Shown in pieces: positions 1 through 10,794 of a stretch of 64,000 nucleotides of DNA. The notes beneath the pieces were generated by a model. That model had not been told where the DNA came from and ran no database searches. It worked only from the letters and a program-made list of their open reading frames with translations. The stretch's first letter is position 1. The number at the start of each line of letters is the position of its first letter. Both the position numbers and the translations under genes were made by a program. Source of the DNA: Candidatus Poribacteria bacterium (GTDB lineage: Bacteria > Poribacteria > WGA-4E > WGA-3G); contig CAXXUA010000013.1 in assembly GCA_963663765.2 (NCBI GenBank), positions 256,001 to 320,000 of the forward strand, given 5' to 3'.

Positions 1-47
1 CTTGATATCTCTTTCAGTAAAAAAGATTTTCTTATTTTTCTTATGGA

Positions 48-1517
48 CTACAGTGCGTTCACTATTTTGTTAAAAACTTCGCCGCGTTCTTTGTAATCAT
101 TGAACATATCAAAACTAGCGTTTGCCGGAGATAGGAGTACAACATCACCTTGTATTGAATGCTCATAAGAATATTCAATTGCTTCATTCATTGTTGAAGC
201 ATGATACATCTCAACATGACCAGCAAAAACCATTTCAATGTTTTTTGTGTGTTTTCCAAGCAATACCAAACATTTTACTTTGCTGCAAACTAATTCAATT
301 AAAAGTGTATAGTCGTTGCCTTTATCATACCCTCCAATGATTAGAATGACACGTTTTTCGCTACCATCAGAATTTGTTGTAATCGCAACGGATTCAAGAG
401 CAGCGCATGTTGATATGACGTTCGTTGCTTTTGAATCGTTTATGTAATCTACTCCATTGATAACGCGGACCTTCTCGTAAGCATGTTCAAGTGCAGGATG
501 CGACCGTTTAAAACCACGAATAGCAGCTTGTATGCTTCTTGGTTTTACATTAAAAATGTTGCCAATAACAACTGCAGCAAGAAGATTTCTGATATTATGT
601 GTTCCTGCTAACGGTGCATCAGCAATATTGCAAATCCTGTTTTCACTATTATTTTTTAGATTATAAATACCAATGTTATTTTCTGAATCTTTCTTTAGGT
701 ATGTCACTGTATCGCTGCCTAAGGACTTACACAATGTCTTACTCTCAGTGTGTGCTTCAAGTGGAATATCCGTGAAATATGCTTTTTTTGCGTGAGTACA
801 ATCAGAAAGACTCCTAACTTTCTTATCGTTTGCATTCAGTACTAACCAATCTGTGTTCTTCTGGTTTAGACAGATCTTCTGTTTCGCTTTGAAGTAAGAC
901 TCCATCGTCTTGTGTCGATCCAGGTGATCGCGTGAAAAATTCAGTACGACACTAACATAGGGTTTAAAACTAATGGTACTCTCCAATTGGAAACTACTTG
1001 TTTCAACAACTGCAACATCCTTACTGGTTAATATCTCAACTTTACTGGCTAATGGGACACCAATATTTCCCGCTACGACAACATTAGAAGTGTTAGCATG
1101 TTCTCTTAGAATTGCAGCAGTTAATAATGTAGTTGTGGATTTACCTTTAGTGCCAGTTATAGCTACGATACGTGATTGACAAAGACTTGCCGAAACTTCC
1201 AATTCGCCTATAATCGGTATACCTATCTTCTTAGCAGTAACCAAAATAGGTATATCCAAGGGGACTCCTGGAGATACAACAATTAATTCAGCATCAGCAA
1301 TACAAGAACTTTCATGGGCTCCAAGGAATAATTGGATTGGGATACCGTCCAATTGGACTAATTCTTCTGATAATGAATCTGCATCACGACTATCGGTAAG
1401 GGTGATATGTGCGCCCTGTCCATATAATAACGTAGCAATTGCTATGCCACTACGATTAGCACCGAATATGGTTACCTGTTTACCTTTTAGATTGTCCAAG
1501 TTCGGTTTTTTTAACAT
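48..1517 (-). CDS. murD: UDP-N-acetylmuramoyl-L-alanine--D-glutamate ligase
   Basis: VVSPGVP, ITGTKGKSTTT P-loop, ETSSFQL, DHLDRH, NDSKATN, LLSPANASFDMF; dcw context. Confidence 0.96.
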   Translation of the reverse strand: MLKKPNLDNLKGKQVTIFGANRSGIAIATLLYGQGAHITLTDSRDADSLSEELVQLDGIPIQLFLGAHESSCIADAELIVVSPGVPLDIPILVTAKKIGIPIIGELEVSASLCQSRIVAITGTKGKSTTTLLTAAILREHANTSNVVVAGNIGVPLASKVEILTSKDVAVVETSSFQLESTISFKPYVSVVLNFSRDHLDRHKTMESYFKAKQKICLNQKNTDWLVLNANDKKVRSLSDCTHAKKAYFTDIPLEAHTESKTLCKSLGSDTVTYLKKDSENNIGIYNLKNNSENRICNIADAPLAGTHNIRNLLAAVVIGNIFNVKPRSIQAAIRGFKRSHPALEHAYEKVRVINGVDYINDSKATNVISTCAALESVAITTNSDGSEKRVILIIGGYDKGNDYTLLIELVCSKVKCLVLLGKHTKNIEMVFAGHVEMYHASTMNEAIEYSYEHSIQGDVVLLSPANASFDMFNDYKERGEVFNKIVNAL

Positions 1518-1566
1518 ACACTCTGTTTGTTTGTAGTGGAAAGCATCTGATATTTACGTAAAAATG

Positions 1567-2685
1567 TTATCCTAATCTTAACGTACTCAACGCCAAGAGC
1601 ATTAAGATAAGTGCTACAATCCAAAAACGTATGACTACTTTCGATTCCTTCCATCCCGATAAAAGAAAATGAAAATGAAGAGGTGACATCTTGATTACAC
1701 GTTTTCCAAAGGTTCTATATGAGATAACTTGTGTAATGACTGATAAAGCTTCTGCTACAAAAATACCACCAACTATGATTAAAAGAAGTTCCTGCTTGAT
1801 GAGTAAAGCACATGTTCCAAGGGTTGCTCCAAGTGGTAATGAACCGGTATCACCCATGAACAGTTGAGCAGGATGCCCATTATACCAAAGAAAACCTAAA
1901 CCTGCTCCAGCCAATGATGCACAAAATATAGCAGTAACTTCTCCTCCAACAGGTAGGTGAGATAGGTTCAAATGTTCTGCAATTAGATCATGACTTGTCA
2001 TATACCCTAACGCTCCTATAGTCCCAGCAACGAAAAGAGTACATCCAATTGCTAATCCATCCATACCGTCTGTAAGATTCACGGCATTGGAAGTACCAAC
2101 GATAACTAAGGTAGCAAATGGTATAAAGAAAATTCCTAAAGTAGGTTGTAATGACTTAAAGAATGGTATATTTAGTACAGTACGACTTGTGGAATCATCA
2201 CCTTCTACAGGTCCCCATTGATAGAGATAAAACGCAATAGCTAAAGCACCAATTGTTTGGAGTAAGAATTTCTGCCAACCACGAAGTCCGAGTGATTGAT
2301 TTCTGCTAATTTTGCATATATCATCCAAAAATCCAAGACCTCCAAACCACAGTATCGTGAAAATCATGAGATAAATAAAGTGTTGATCTAATCTCGCCCA
2401 AAAGACTACCGAAATCAATACTGCAACAATGATCAGGATACCACCCATAGTTGGAGTACCTGCTTTAGTTTGGTCTTCACTGTGCCGTTGTGCTTTCTCT
2501 ACCTCCTCTTGAATATGTTCACCTATACGCAGCTGTTTCAACTTTCTTATCATAAACGGACCCAATACAAGTGATATAACAAGAGCTGTTGCAGTTGAAT
2601 ATACAGCGCGGAAAGTAATTGCCTTGAAAACGTCAAATGGTTGAAAATAGTTGCCAAGGTATTCATATAAAAGATGATAGAACAT
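1567..2685 (-). CDS. mraY: phospho-N-acetylmuramoyl-pentapeptide transferase
   Basis: KAGTPTMGG, SNAVNLTDGMDGLA, FMGDTGSL; multiple TM segments. Confidence 0.97.
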   Translation of the reverse strand: MFYHLLYEYLGNYFQPFDVFKAITFRAVYSTATALVISLVLGPFMIRKLKQLRIGEHIQEEVEKAQRHSEDQTKAGTPTMGGILIIVAVLISVVFWARLDQHFIYLMIFTILWFGGLGFLDDICKISRNQSLGLRGWQKFLLQTIGALAIAFYLYQWGPVEGDDSTSRTVLNIPFFKSLQPTLGIFFIPFATLVIVGTSNAVNLTDGMDGLAIGCTLFVAGTIGALGYMTSHDLIAEHLNLSHLPVGGEVTAIFCASLAGAGLGFLWYNGHPAQLFMGDTGSLPLGATLGTCALLIKQELLLIIVGGIFVAEALSVITQVISYRTFGKRVIKMSPLHFHFLLSGWKESKVVIRFWIVALILMLLALSTLRLG

Positions 2686-2951
2686 TAGAATGACTTCTCT
2701 ACTATTTAAAGCGGAAAGTAAATATGTGACAAACTATCTTACAAAATATTTAGGTTATACCTTATTGAAACGTCTGGTTCTTTTTTCATAAAAACTAAAC
2801 TTGCTGCAGCGTTGATACCAGATAAGCTGACTGTTGTCAGTGGGAACTTGGATTCCAGACTACTTTCAAACACATAATTGGAAAGTTGACCATGACATAG
2901 ATACATACAATATTACCAAAAAATAAAATACAAAACTAAAATTCCACAGGT

Positions 2952-4172
2952 TTATTCAGTTTGTAAGTCGGTCTTCAGTTTAGAGAAACTCGTCCCTGCT
3001 TGACTTAACAAATTCGTTGAATAGGAATAGATTAACCGATTTTTTTCTTGATGTGTTTCTTTTGCAAGTACAACCAATTTTGAAACTAATTCTGGAAATG
3101 TCTTACCCGCCGGTTCCCATAAATAAAAACTTAATGATCCAGGGATTGTGTTAATTTCGTTAATAAATACTTCTTCTTCTTCACTTACCAAGAAGTCCAA
3201 TCGGGCAATTCCTGCACAGTCAAGCACTTGAAAAGCTAAAGTCGCAAGGTCTTGAATATGTAACGTCAATTCATCAGATATTGGTGCAGGAATTTTCCGT
3301 TGTGCTCCTGCCATCCCATTTGCAACTTCTGTACTTAACGTGTCATCTGCTTCGGCTTCAGATTCTGTATCTGTGTGGATATACTTGTCGTCAAAACTAA
3401 GAAAATCAGTGCTTGCAATCGGTTGTTCACATACTGATGCAGAAGGAGGATTTGTTCCCAACACCGAGCAATTGATCTCATAACCGTTTTCAACACCTTG
3501 TTCTACTATGATACGACGACAATACCTACATGCAAGTTCAATGGCATCCTTCAACGTATCAACATCTTTAACTTGACTTACACCAATACTTGACCCGCTA
3601 ATCGCAGGTTTTACATACATAGGAAATGAAATCTCTTCTTCAATAACTTTGAGTATATCCTCACTCACAGTATCCCAATCATTTTTTGTAAAAGGCACAT
3701 AAGGCACGATTGGAAGACCATTCTCATTAAGTATTGCTTTCATCATTGTTTTATCCATACCTACGCCCGAACCTATGACGCCTGCTCCAACATAAGGCAC
3801 ATTCATCATTTCAAGAAGTCCCTGAAGCGTACCATCTTCACCGTGGACACCGTGAATCGTAGGAAAGACAACATCAATTGACAGTTCCTTTTTTTTTGCA
3901 AACAAACTTGTGCGTCTTGGTAATACACAAAATCTTGCTTGCGTTTCAAATTCAATGGACACCTTGTCAAAGTCTACAGCCTGAGGTAAGTTTCCTTCAG
4001 TAAAAGTTTTCAACTCCGATAGAGTCTCTCCAGTCAACCAAGCACCATCCTTAGTAATATATATTGGCGTGACTTCATGACTTTCATCTAATGCTGCATT
4101 GACCTGATGTGCAGTGATAATAGATACTTCATGTTCAGGAGATCGACCTCCAAAAATAAGTGCTACGTTCAT
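2952..4172 (-). CDS. ddl: D-alanine--D-alanine ligase
   Basis: FGGRSPEHEVS, HGVHGEDGTLQG, KPAISGSSIGV, NEINTIPG. Confidence 0.95.
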   Translation of the reverse strand: MNVALIFGGRSPEHEVSIITAHQVNAALDESHEVTPIYITKDGAWLTGETLSELKTFTEGNLPQAVDFDKVSIEFETQARFCVLPRRTSLFAKKKELSIDVVFPTIHGVHGEDGTLQGLLEMMNVPYVGAGVIGSGVGMDKTMMKAILNENGLPIVPYVPFTKNDWDTVSEDILKVIEEEISFPMYVKPAISGSSIGVSQVKDVDTLKDAIELACRYCRRIIVEQGVENGYEINCSVLGTNPPSASVCEQPIASTDFLSFDDKYIHTDTESEAEADDTLSTEVANGMAGAQRKIPAPISDELTLHIQDLATLAFQVLDCAGIARLDFLVSEEEEVFINEINTIPGSLSFYLWEPAGKTFPELVSKLVVLAKETHQEKNRLIYSYSTNLLSQAGTSFSKLKTDLQTE

Positions 4173-4217
4173 TTTTTTATCCTTTATAGCAAGATATAAT
4201 TGCGAATAATATATCTC

Positions 4218-5849
4218 TTAAACTGTTTCATCATAATTGTCTGGTAGGTCATTCTCAAAAAGAACTACATCTCCCGGTTTCAATCTTTTTTCAAGGTGTT
4301 GTTGTGCTTCTTTTAAGTTTGCAACAACTAAAATTTGTTGCTCTGGATAGTTATCATCTTTTAGTCCAGCTTTAATGGGGACAGTCCTTGTTGGACCAAC
4401 AAGAATTACAAGGTCACATACCTTAGCTGCTTCAGAACCAAAACGCTTATTCTCTTCATATTCAAGTTCACCCAGTTCTACCATCCCTGGAGTAACCAAC
4501 ACCTTTTTTCCATTTTTTTCACTTACAAAATCTGAAAGCACTTCAAGTGCTGCTTTTGCGCCTTCTGGATTAGAATTGAAACTGTCGTCGATTACGGTTA
4601 CACCAGCACCACCAGCGATCAACTGCAAACGGTGTGGAACAGGTTCTAAACGTAGAAGAGCATCTTGAATTTCTTTCAATGACATACCACAATTGAGTGA
4701 AACTGTCATTGCTGCAAGGATATTTGAAACGTTATGTTTTCCAAGAAGACGGGTTGTTATTTCTACGGAACGCTCCTTTTCATCCTCTACTGTAAATGTT
4801 AATCCTTTCTCACTCTGTTTGATGTTACTGGTTTTCAAACTTATTGTTGAATTTCCATTCATGTTATATTCTAAACCATAACGGATTACAGGAACACGAT
4901 CAGTTTTATTAGCCAAACCTGCACATATTTCATTATCTACATTGATTACCGCAAGTCCATCTGTTGGTAAGGCTTCAATCAGCTCATATTTTGCACGTGC
5001 TGTATTTTCAAGACTCTTGAATCGTTCTAAATGCTGTGGTCCAACAGCAGTGAGAATGCCAATTTCTGGAGGTGCGAGACGACACAATTCTCTAATATCA
5101 CCACGCTTATAAGCTCCCATTTCAACAATAAAGTATTCATGAGTTGGCAACAAATCTCCTCTGATTACCTTACATATCCCCATCGGTGTATTGTAACTGT
5201 CCGGTGTCATCAATGTGATATATTTCTGTGACAAAATCTGATGAAGAATATATTTAGTACTTGTCTTTCCGTAGCTTCCAGTTATTCCAATGATTTTCGG
5301 TTGTAGTTTTCTTATACGTTTTCTCGCATCGCGTAAATATGCATTATTTATCATTTGTTCTAAAGGCCAAATCAGATAACTACTTACTACAAGAATGGGA
5401 ACAGTCAGTTCGCTGAAAAGAAAAATACCTATTCGCCAACGGTTTTCTGTCACAAAAACTGCAAGCAAAGTCGCAACAACAACCTGTAACAAAAGTGCTA
5501 ATGTGTAAAGACGTTTTGCACGCGATGTGAATACGAGGGGTTTTTTTACTGTGGTCTTTTTACGCCATATAACTCTATAGGTTTGCAATGTTGACCAAAT
5601 AAGACATAAAGTTACAAAAAGCCAATCGGTTAAGATTTTAGGGAAAATCATCACAACCGAAAGCAATATTACAACACTTAGAATCTCTAAGGTTTCAAAG
5701 CAATGTCTTATATGTGTTGTGCTCCATTTCAGGTATCGACCCGGTTTATACCCATCAAGTTGTAATATATGTAATCCACCAGTCGTCCTGATGACAGTCC
5801 TTATAAGACATAAAACAATGAGTATATAAAAAAATATATTGCTAACCAT
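4218..5849 (-). CDS. murF: UDP-N-acetylmuramoyl-tripeptide--D-Ala-D-Ala ligase with N-terminal membrane domain
   Basis: GITGSYGKTSTK, SYNTPMG, EMGA, DDSFNSNP, PGMVELG; first ~165 aa hydrophobic. Confidence 0.9.
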   Translation of the reverse strand: MVSNIFFYILIVLCLIRTVIRTTGGLHILQLDGYKPGRYLKWSTTHIRHCFETLEILSVVILLSVVMIFPKILTDWLFVTLCLIWSTLQTYRVIWRKKTTVKKPLVFTSRAKRLYTLALLLQVVVATLLAVFVTENRWRIGIFLFSELTVPILVVSSYLIWPLEQMINNAYLRDARKRIRKLQPKIIGITGSYGKTSTKYILHQILSQKYITLMTPDSYNTPMGICKVIRGDLLPTHEYFIVEMGAYKRGDIRELCRLAPPEIGILTAVGPQHLERFKSLENTARAKYELIEALPTDGLAVINVDNEICAGLANKTDRVPVIRYGLEYNMNGNSTISLKTSNIKQSEKGLTFTVEDEKERSVEITTRLLGKHNVSNILAAMTVSLNCGMSLKEIQDALLRLEPVPHRLQLIAGGAGVTVIDDSFNSNPEGAKAALEVLSDFVSEKNGKKVLVTPGMVELGELEYEENKRFGSEAAKVCDLVILVGPTRTVPIKAGLKDDNYPEQQILVVANLKEAQQHLEKRLKPGDVVLFENDLPDNYDETV

Positions 5850-6108
5850 TTTTTTCAGAAAGTGCTTTTGTAAAACTATTGTTGTACCAATTCTGGGTTT
5901 TTGACTTTATAAAATATTCTTATGTAGACTAGAACAGATAAAACTGAATAATCACTAATTACGTTTCTAAATTTCTGAAATTAGATAACAAAAACGCAAT
6001 GAATTATGGTGCTACAAGAAACATCAGTAGCAACATAATTTATTGCGCGCCATGTTCAGTATATATATCAACAATAAACCAAATGCATCAATGAATACAA
6101 AGGATCGT

Positions 6109-6855
6109 TTATGCTAAAAAGTCTTCCACAATTTGACAAAATTGTGGAAATTGATCCAAATACGAGAAATGTCCCGCATCCTTTAGAACGACTAAAGCAG
6201 CATCAGAGATTTCCTCTTCCATGATTTTACCGTAAGATACTGGCGTGTCTTTATCGTTTTCTCCCCAAATTAATAACGTCGATGCTTGGATCTTGGGTAA
6301 ATATGGTCGTAAATCTTGGTTTACCGATTTCACCATAGTAGGTCGCATCGGTCCTGCTTCACGATAGTCTTTTGAACCTGCATGTCTTGAGATATTATCT
6401 GCTAATCTGTGTCCAACCGGACCCAAACGACGTAACAAGCGACCAAACTTTGCAAGACAGACCCGTATGTAGTATTTTGCTGAACGCGGAGGAATAATTC
6501 CTGCACTATCTACTAAAATCAACTTATCTACTTTTTCTGGTTCCGATGCTGCGATCACAATAGAGATTCTACCCCCGTAGGAATGTCCAATTAGATGGGC
6601 TTTGTTAATACCATGTTTTTTGAAAAATGAAGAAAGGAGGTTTGAATAATCACCAGCATCCCATGCTTTCGGTGGAATCTCACTCAATCCAAATCCAGGC
6701 AGATCTAAAACATATACTTGATAAGTATTTGATAACCTATCAAATACAGGTTTAAAACTGTTCGCTTCACCACCCCATCCATGTAGTAACACCACGGGAG
6801 TGCCGCTCCCTTTTACTTGATAGGCAACTTTTAAATCATCAATCTCTGTAAACAT
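6109..6855 (-). CDS. alpha/beta hydrolase
   Basis: LLHGWGG, DLPGFG, GHSYGG nucleophile elbow, WGENDKDTP, AGHF. Confidence 0.93.
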   Translation of the reverse strand: MFTEIDDLKVAYQVKGSGTPVVLLHGWGGEANSFKPVFDRLSNTYQVYVLDLPGFGLSEIPPKAWDAGDYSNLLSSFFKKHGINKAHLIGHSYGGRISIVIAASEPEKVDKLILVDSAGIIPPRSAKYYIRVCLAKFGRLLRRLGPVGHRLADNISRHAGSKDYREAGPMRPTMVKSVNQDLRPYLPKIQASTLLIWGENDKDTPVSYGKIMEEEISDAALVVLKDAGHFSYLDQFPQFCQIVEDFLA

Positions 6856-6876
6856 TTGAATATTTGTCTTATTCTA

Positions 6877-8439
6877 TCATATTGATGTTTGCATTGAATG
6901 TATTGGCTTCTGCGTCAATATTTCCATAGCAACTTCTCTATCATCAAAGGGGTATCTTTTTCCATGTATTTCCTGATAATTTTCATGTCCTTTTCCAGCA
7001 ATTACTACAACATCACCCGAATTTGCATCCATAATTGCCTTACGAATTGCCTCACGTCTCTCAGAAATACACATATATGCTGCATCATGTGGCAAATTTG
7101 ACACAATCTCTGATATGATTTCATCAGGATTTTCAGTTCGGGGATTATCCGATGTAATCACACTAATATCAGCAAGTTGCGTTGAAATTGAACCCATTTT
7201 CGGACGTTTCCCCCGATCACGGTCACCCCCACAACCAAACACAGAAATTAACTTCCCTTCAGTGATACCACGAGCTGCTGTTAAGACATTTTCCAAACCA
7301 TCAGGTGTATGTGCATAATCAACAATAACTGCAAAATCTTTGTTGTGAGTTCCATTCAAGTCTATACATTCAAAGCGACCTGGAACGACTGTCTTTGCAA
7401 GACCTTCTCTAATTGCCTTAGCACTACAGTTATATCGTATACCAACACCCATCGCAGCAAGTGCATTGCAAATATTATACTCACCAAGTAATCCCAATTC
7501 TGCTTGTATCTCTCTGTTGGTTATACCTGAAACATTAACATGGTTTTGTTCATTCAAAACCGCGGTGAATGCTAACTTTCTTAATGACAATTCAACATTC
7601 TTTGCAATTAAATCTGCTTTATTTTCAATGCCGTAAGTTAGAATATTCGCGTCAGAAATATGTTGTTTTATTTGTCCTGTTGCAGAAGAATCAGCATTTA
7701 ATATGGCTAATCCACCTTGACATAACTGCTCAAACAACATCAATTTTGCAGCAAGATATTTTTCCATTGTACTGTGATAATCAAGATGATCTTGTGTTAA
7801 GTTCGTAAACACCCCTGTGTCAAATGTAAGTCCAGCTAATCGATGTTGTGCAAGACCTTGAGATGAGGTTTCCATAACAACATGTTCTATTCCAGAATCG
7901 GCTATCTGTTTTAGAATAGCATGCAGTTGGAATGCGTCGGGTGTAGTCAATAGTGCAGGTAACTCTAATGGGGAAGGTTGGTTGTCGTTTGAACTCTTAT
8001 TGTCTATGTCAATCGTATGACCAACTGTACCTAATACAGCGGCTTTTAAACCGTATGCTTTCAAAATTCCATAGCACAAATGTGCTGTGGAAGTCTTACC
8101 ATTCGTTCCAGTTATACCTATTAACTTTAGGCTTTTCGCTGGATTGCTATACCAATTGGCTGCACAAAGAGCTTGTGCTATGCGACCGTTAGGAGTGACT
8201 ACATTTGTCACATCATTTGGTAGGTACTGTATGTTTTTCTCAGATATAATTACTCTCGCACCGTTTCTTATTGCACCCTCAATAAAACTATGTCCATCAA
8301 CATTCAAACCTTGGTAACAGATGAACGCAAATCCATGTTCAATTTTGCGGTGATCACTGACAACTCCGACAATTTCTGGATTACGATTCCCTGTGACCTC
8401 TCTAACTTCTATTCCTTCAAGAAGTTTATTGAGTTTCAT
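6877..8439 (-). CDS. murE: UDP-N-acetylmuramoyl-L-alanyl-D-glutamate--2,6-diaminopimelate ligase
   Basis: GITGTNGKTS, TNLTQDHLDYH, DYAHTPDG, FGCGGDRD, DNPR (meso-DAP motif), AGKGHE. Confidence 0.96.
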   Translation of the reverse strand: MKLNKLLEGIEVREVTGNRNPEIVGVVSDHRKIEHGFAFICYQGLNVDGHSFIEGAIRNGARVIISEKNIQYLPNDVTNVVTPNGRIAQALCAANWYSNPAKSLKLIGITGTNGKTSTAHLCYGILKAYGLKAAVLGTVGHTIDIDNKSSNDNQPSPLELPALLTTPDAFQLHAILKQIADSGIEHVVMETSSQGLAQHRLAGLTFDTGVFTNLTQDHLDYHSTMEKYLAAKLMLFEQLCQGGLAILNADSSATGQIKQHISDANILTYGIENKADLIAKNVELSLRKLAFTAVLNEQNHVNVSGITNREIQAELGLLGEYNICNALAAMGVGIRYNCSAKAIREGLAKTVVPGRFECIDLNGTHNKDFAVIVDYAHTPDGLENVLTAARGITEGKLISVFGCGGDRDRGKRPKMGSISTQLADISVITSDNPRTENPDEIISEIVSNLPHDAAYMCISERREAIRKAIMDANSGDVVVIAGKGHENYQEIHGKRYPFDDREVAMEILTQKPIHSMQTSI

Positions 8440-10292
8440 AAGTCCTCTCCATTTCTCACCAGAGTGTCATCAGAGAGTGGTGCAGACTTCCGTATCGAAT
8501 TCTCTTTATCCGTCTTATTCGTCTTTTCAGTTACATTATTTATGTTTCTGTTAGTCCTTTTTCTTGGACCGGTTTCAAGAAAACCTGTCCTTTCAATATA
8601 TTTTAGTGATTGCATTGCAATCCGCTTAAATACAGGTCCTGCAATTTGTCCACTAAATCTCGCTCCAGTAGGTTCGTCAAGCGTAACAATAATTGCAATC
8701 TTAGGATTATCAGCGGGAAGAAATCCCATAAAAGACATTACCTCTTTACCAGCACGATATCCCTTACCTTTTTCTGCTTTCTGCGCAGTACCAGTTTTTC
8801 CTGCTACACGAACTCCTTCTATTCTTGCCCTCTTGCCACTACCTTCTTCAACCACACCAACAAGAATCTCTGTCATTGTTCTGGCAATTTCTGGACGCAA
8901 TACTCTTCGTACATTTGCGGGTTTGTTCTTTTGTACTATATTACCGTGTGCATCGCGAATTTCCTTTGTGATATACGGACGCCGCAATATTCCACCGTTC
9001 GCAATGACTGCTAATGCATTCACCATCTGTAATGGCGTAACAGAGATACCTTGACCGAAAGGAACAGCTGCAAGTGAGTTTGTATCCCAATTCTTCAACG
9101 CATAGAGGTTACCCAGCTTTTCATAGGGTAGATCAACACCAGTCTTTTTTCCAAATCCAAACTGGTAAACATAATTCTGAAACGAGTCTATACCTAATTT
9201 CTGAACAATTTTTATCATGCCAATATTGCTTGATTTCTGGACGACTTCCGATAAGGACAGCCATCCTTTTTCTGATACATCCCTTATGGTACGACTGTTT
9301 GCCAGACGAAAACTACCATATTCACAGAATACAGCAGATTCTGGAGTCAAAACGTTTTCGTTAAGCACCGCTGAGGACGCAACAATCTTAAATATGGATC
9401 CCGGTTCAAATACATACCAAATACCCAAATTGCGTTTCGCTTCTTCACTGGCATTCGTCTGGTCATTTATGTCATAAGTTGGATAACTTGCCATCGCTAA
9501 TATTTCAGAAGTTTCTACAGCCAATACAATAGCTGTCCCTTTTGATGCATTCCATTCTTCACAACCTTTCTCAAGTTCCTTTTCAGTAATCCGCTGAATG
9601 TATCCATCAAGCGTAAGTACTACATTACAACCAGTATTATTAAGAGCATTTGTGGTAGATTGTGTACGTGTAGAAACAGGGGTTAATGCAGAAGCGTGCT
9701 CTATAAACGAAGGATGAAGATTTTCAAGATACTGGTCATACAAGAGCTCAACACCTTCTCCCTTCTTCTCATCATTAAGATAACCAATAACTTGTGAAGC
9801 CAATGTCTTTTTTGGGTACACTCGTCTGGGTTCAACTGAAATCTTCAGTCCGCGATGATTACTGGTAATGTTTCGAATTGCATCATACTTTTCATAGTCA
9901 ACATCCTTTTTGAGCCACACAAATTCTACGTACTTTTCGTTCTGCTTACGTTTCAACTTTTCAAGCAACACAGTTTTAGTTTCTTCCAAAATTGGCGCTA
10001 ATTCTGTTGCAACACTATACGCATTAGATTTAAGATTAAAGGTCTTTGGATCTACCGATACTGAAAGTGTATCTTGGCTGATACCTAACACACTTTGATG
10101 ACGGTCAAGTATTTTGCCTCGTTTGACGTCCTGTTTACCACGAATTCGCCAATCCTTTCGTGACAAAAACTCATCACTTAAGCCAGAATATTGAATCGTA
10201 AATAGTTTTCCTATTAACACAAGAAAACCTATCTGTAATACAATAAGCGTGAATACAAGCCGTCGTATTGAGAGGTGTGTGTTGTTTTTCAT
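8436..10292 (-). CDS. ftsI: class B penicillin-binding protein (FtsI/PBP3 type)
   Basis: N-terminal TM, RGKILDR, EPGSIFK (SxxK), SSN, KTGTAQ; follows rsmH and ftsL-like gene. Confidence 0.9.
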   Translation of the reverse strand: MKNNTHLSIRRLVFTLIVLQIGFLVLIGKLFTIQYSGLSDEFLSRKDWRIRGKQDVKRGKILDRHQSVLGISQDTLSVSVDPKTFNLKSNAYSVATELAPILEETKTVLLEKLKRKQNEKYVEFVWLKKDVDYEKYDAIRNITSNHRGLKISVEPRRVYPKKTLASQVIGYLNDEKKGEGVELLYDQYLENLHPSFIEHASALTPVSTRTQSTTNALNNTGCNVVLTLDGYIQRITEKELEKGCEEWNASKGTAIVLAVETSEILAMASYPTYDINDQTNASEEAKRNLGIWYVFEPGSIFKIVASSAVLNENVLTPESAVFCEYGSFRLANSRTIRDVSEKGWLSLSEVVQKSSNIGMIKIVQKLGIDSFQNYVYQFGFGKKTGVDLPYEKLGNLYALKNWDTNSLAAVPFGQGISVTPLQMVNALAVIANGGILRRPYITKEIRDAHGNIVQKNKPANVRRVLRPEIARTMTEILVGVVEEGSGKRARIEGVRVAGKTGTAQKAEKGKGYRAGKEVMSFMGFLPADNPKIAIIVTLDEPTGARFSGQIAGPVFKRIAMQSLKYIERTGFLETGPRKRTNRNINNVTEKTNKTDKENSIRKSAPLSDDTLVRNGEDL

Positions 10293-10409
10293 TTATCTTT
10301 CTACTTTCTAAAAACTATGTCAACATGCTGATGAACCTTCAATAGTAATAAGAAACATGAGACAGGTTTCTAAATATTTCATAACATCTTCTTCTAAATT
10401 CAATATAAA

Positions 10410-10733
10410 CTACCTACCTAAGAGTTCTATCGGTTTTCCAGTGGGTTCAACCAAACCCAATTCTTCAGTTAACTCACGGACTCTTTCAACATCAACTAAC
10501 GCGTTTTCTTCTAATTCCAAACCTTGAATCTCATACTGAATTTTGCTTCTTTGTTCATCAAAAATAGGTCTTTGTTGTAATACAACCTGTTTAGCATACG
10601 ATGAAAACCAGATACTCGCTACAAAAACAAATAATGATAATCCAAGTACGATATAGACAAATAACATCGCTACTTTTGGTTCAGATTGCTGTTGTTCTAC
10701 AAACAGTTGAGTATAATTCCCCGAAGTACGCAT
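10410..10733 (-). CDS. ftsL: FtsL-like cell division protein
   Basis: Single TM then coiled coil ending RVRELTEELGL; lies between rsmH and ftsI. Confidence 0.65.
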   Translation of the reverse strand: MRTSGNYTQLFVEQQQSEPKVAMLFVYIVLGLSLFVFVASIWFSSYAKQVVLQQRPIFDEQRSKIQYEIQGLELEENALVDVERVRELTEELGLVEPTGKPIELLGR

Positions 10734-10794
10734 TATATAAACTTATACGTAGGTTTTAATAATTTGATACAAAGTTTTTACTCACAAATTTGTC

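Noticed and set aside
3380-3410. D-Ala-D-Lac (vancomycin-resistance) ligase
   Set aside because: The omega loop keeps KY as in D-Ala-D-Ala ligases, and no vanH/vanX-like genes are present.
8290-9054. 254-aa plus-strand ORF and the many other short antisense ORFs in the track
   Set aside because: They are shadows of well-supported genes on the opposite strand and have no motifs.
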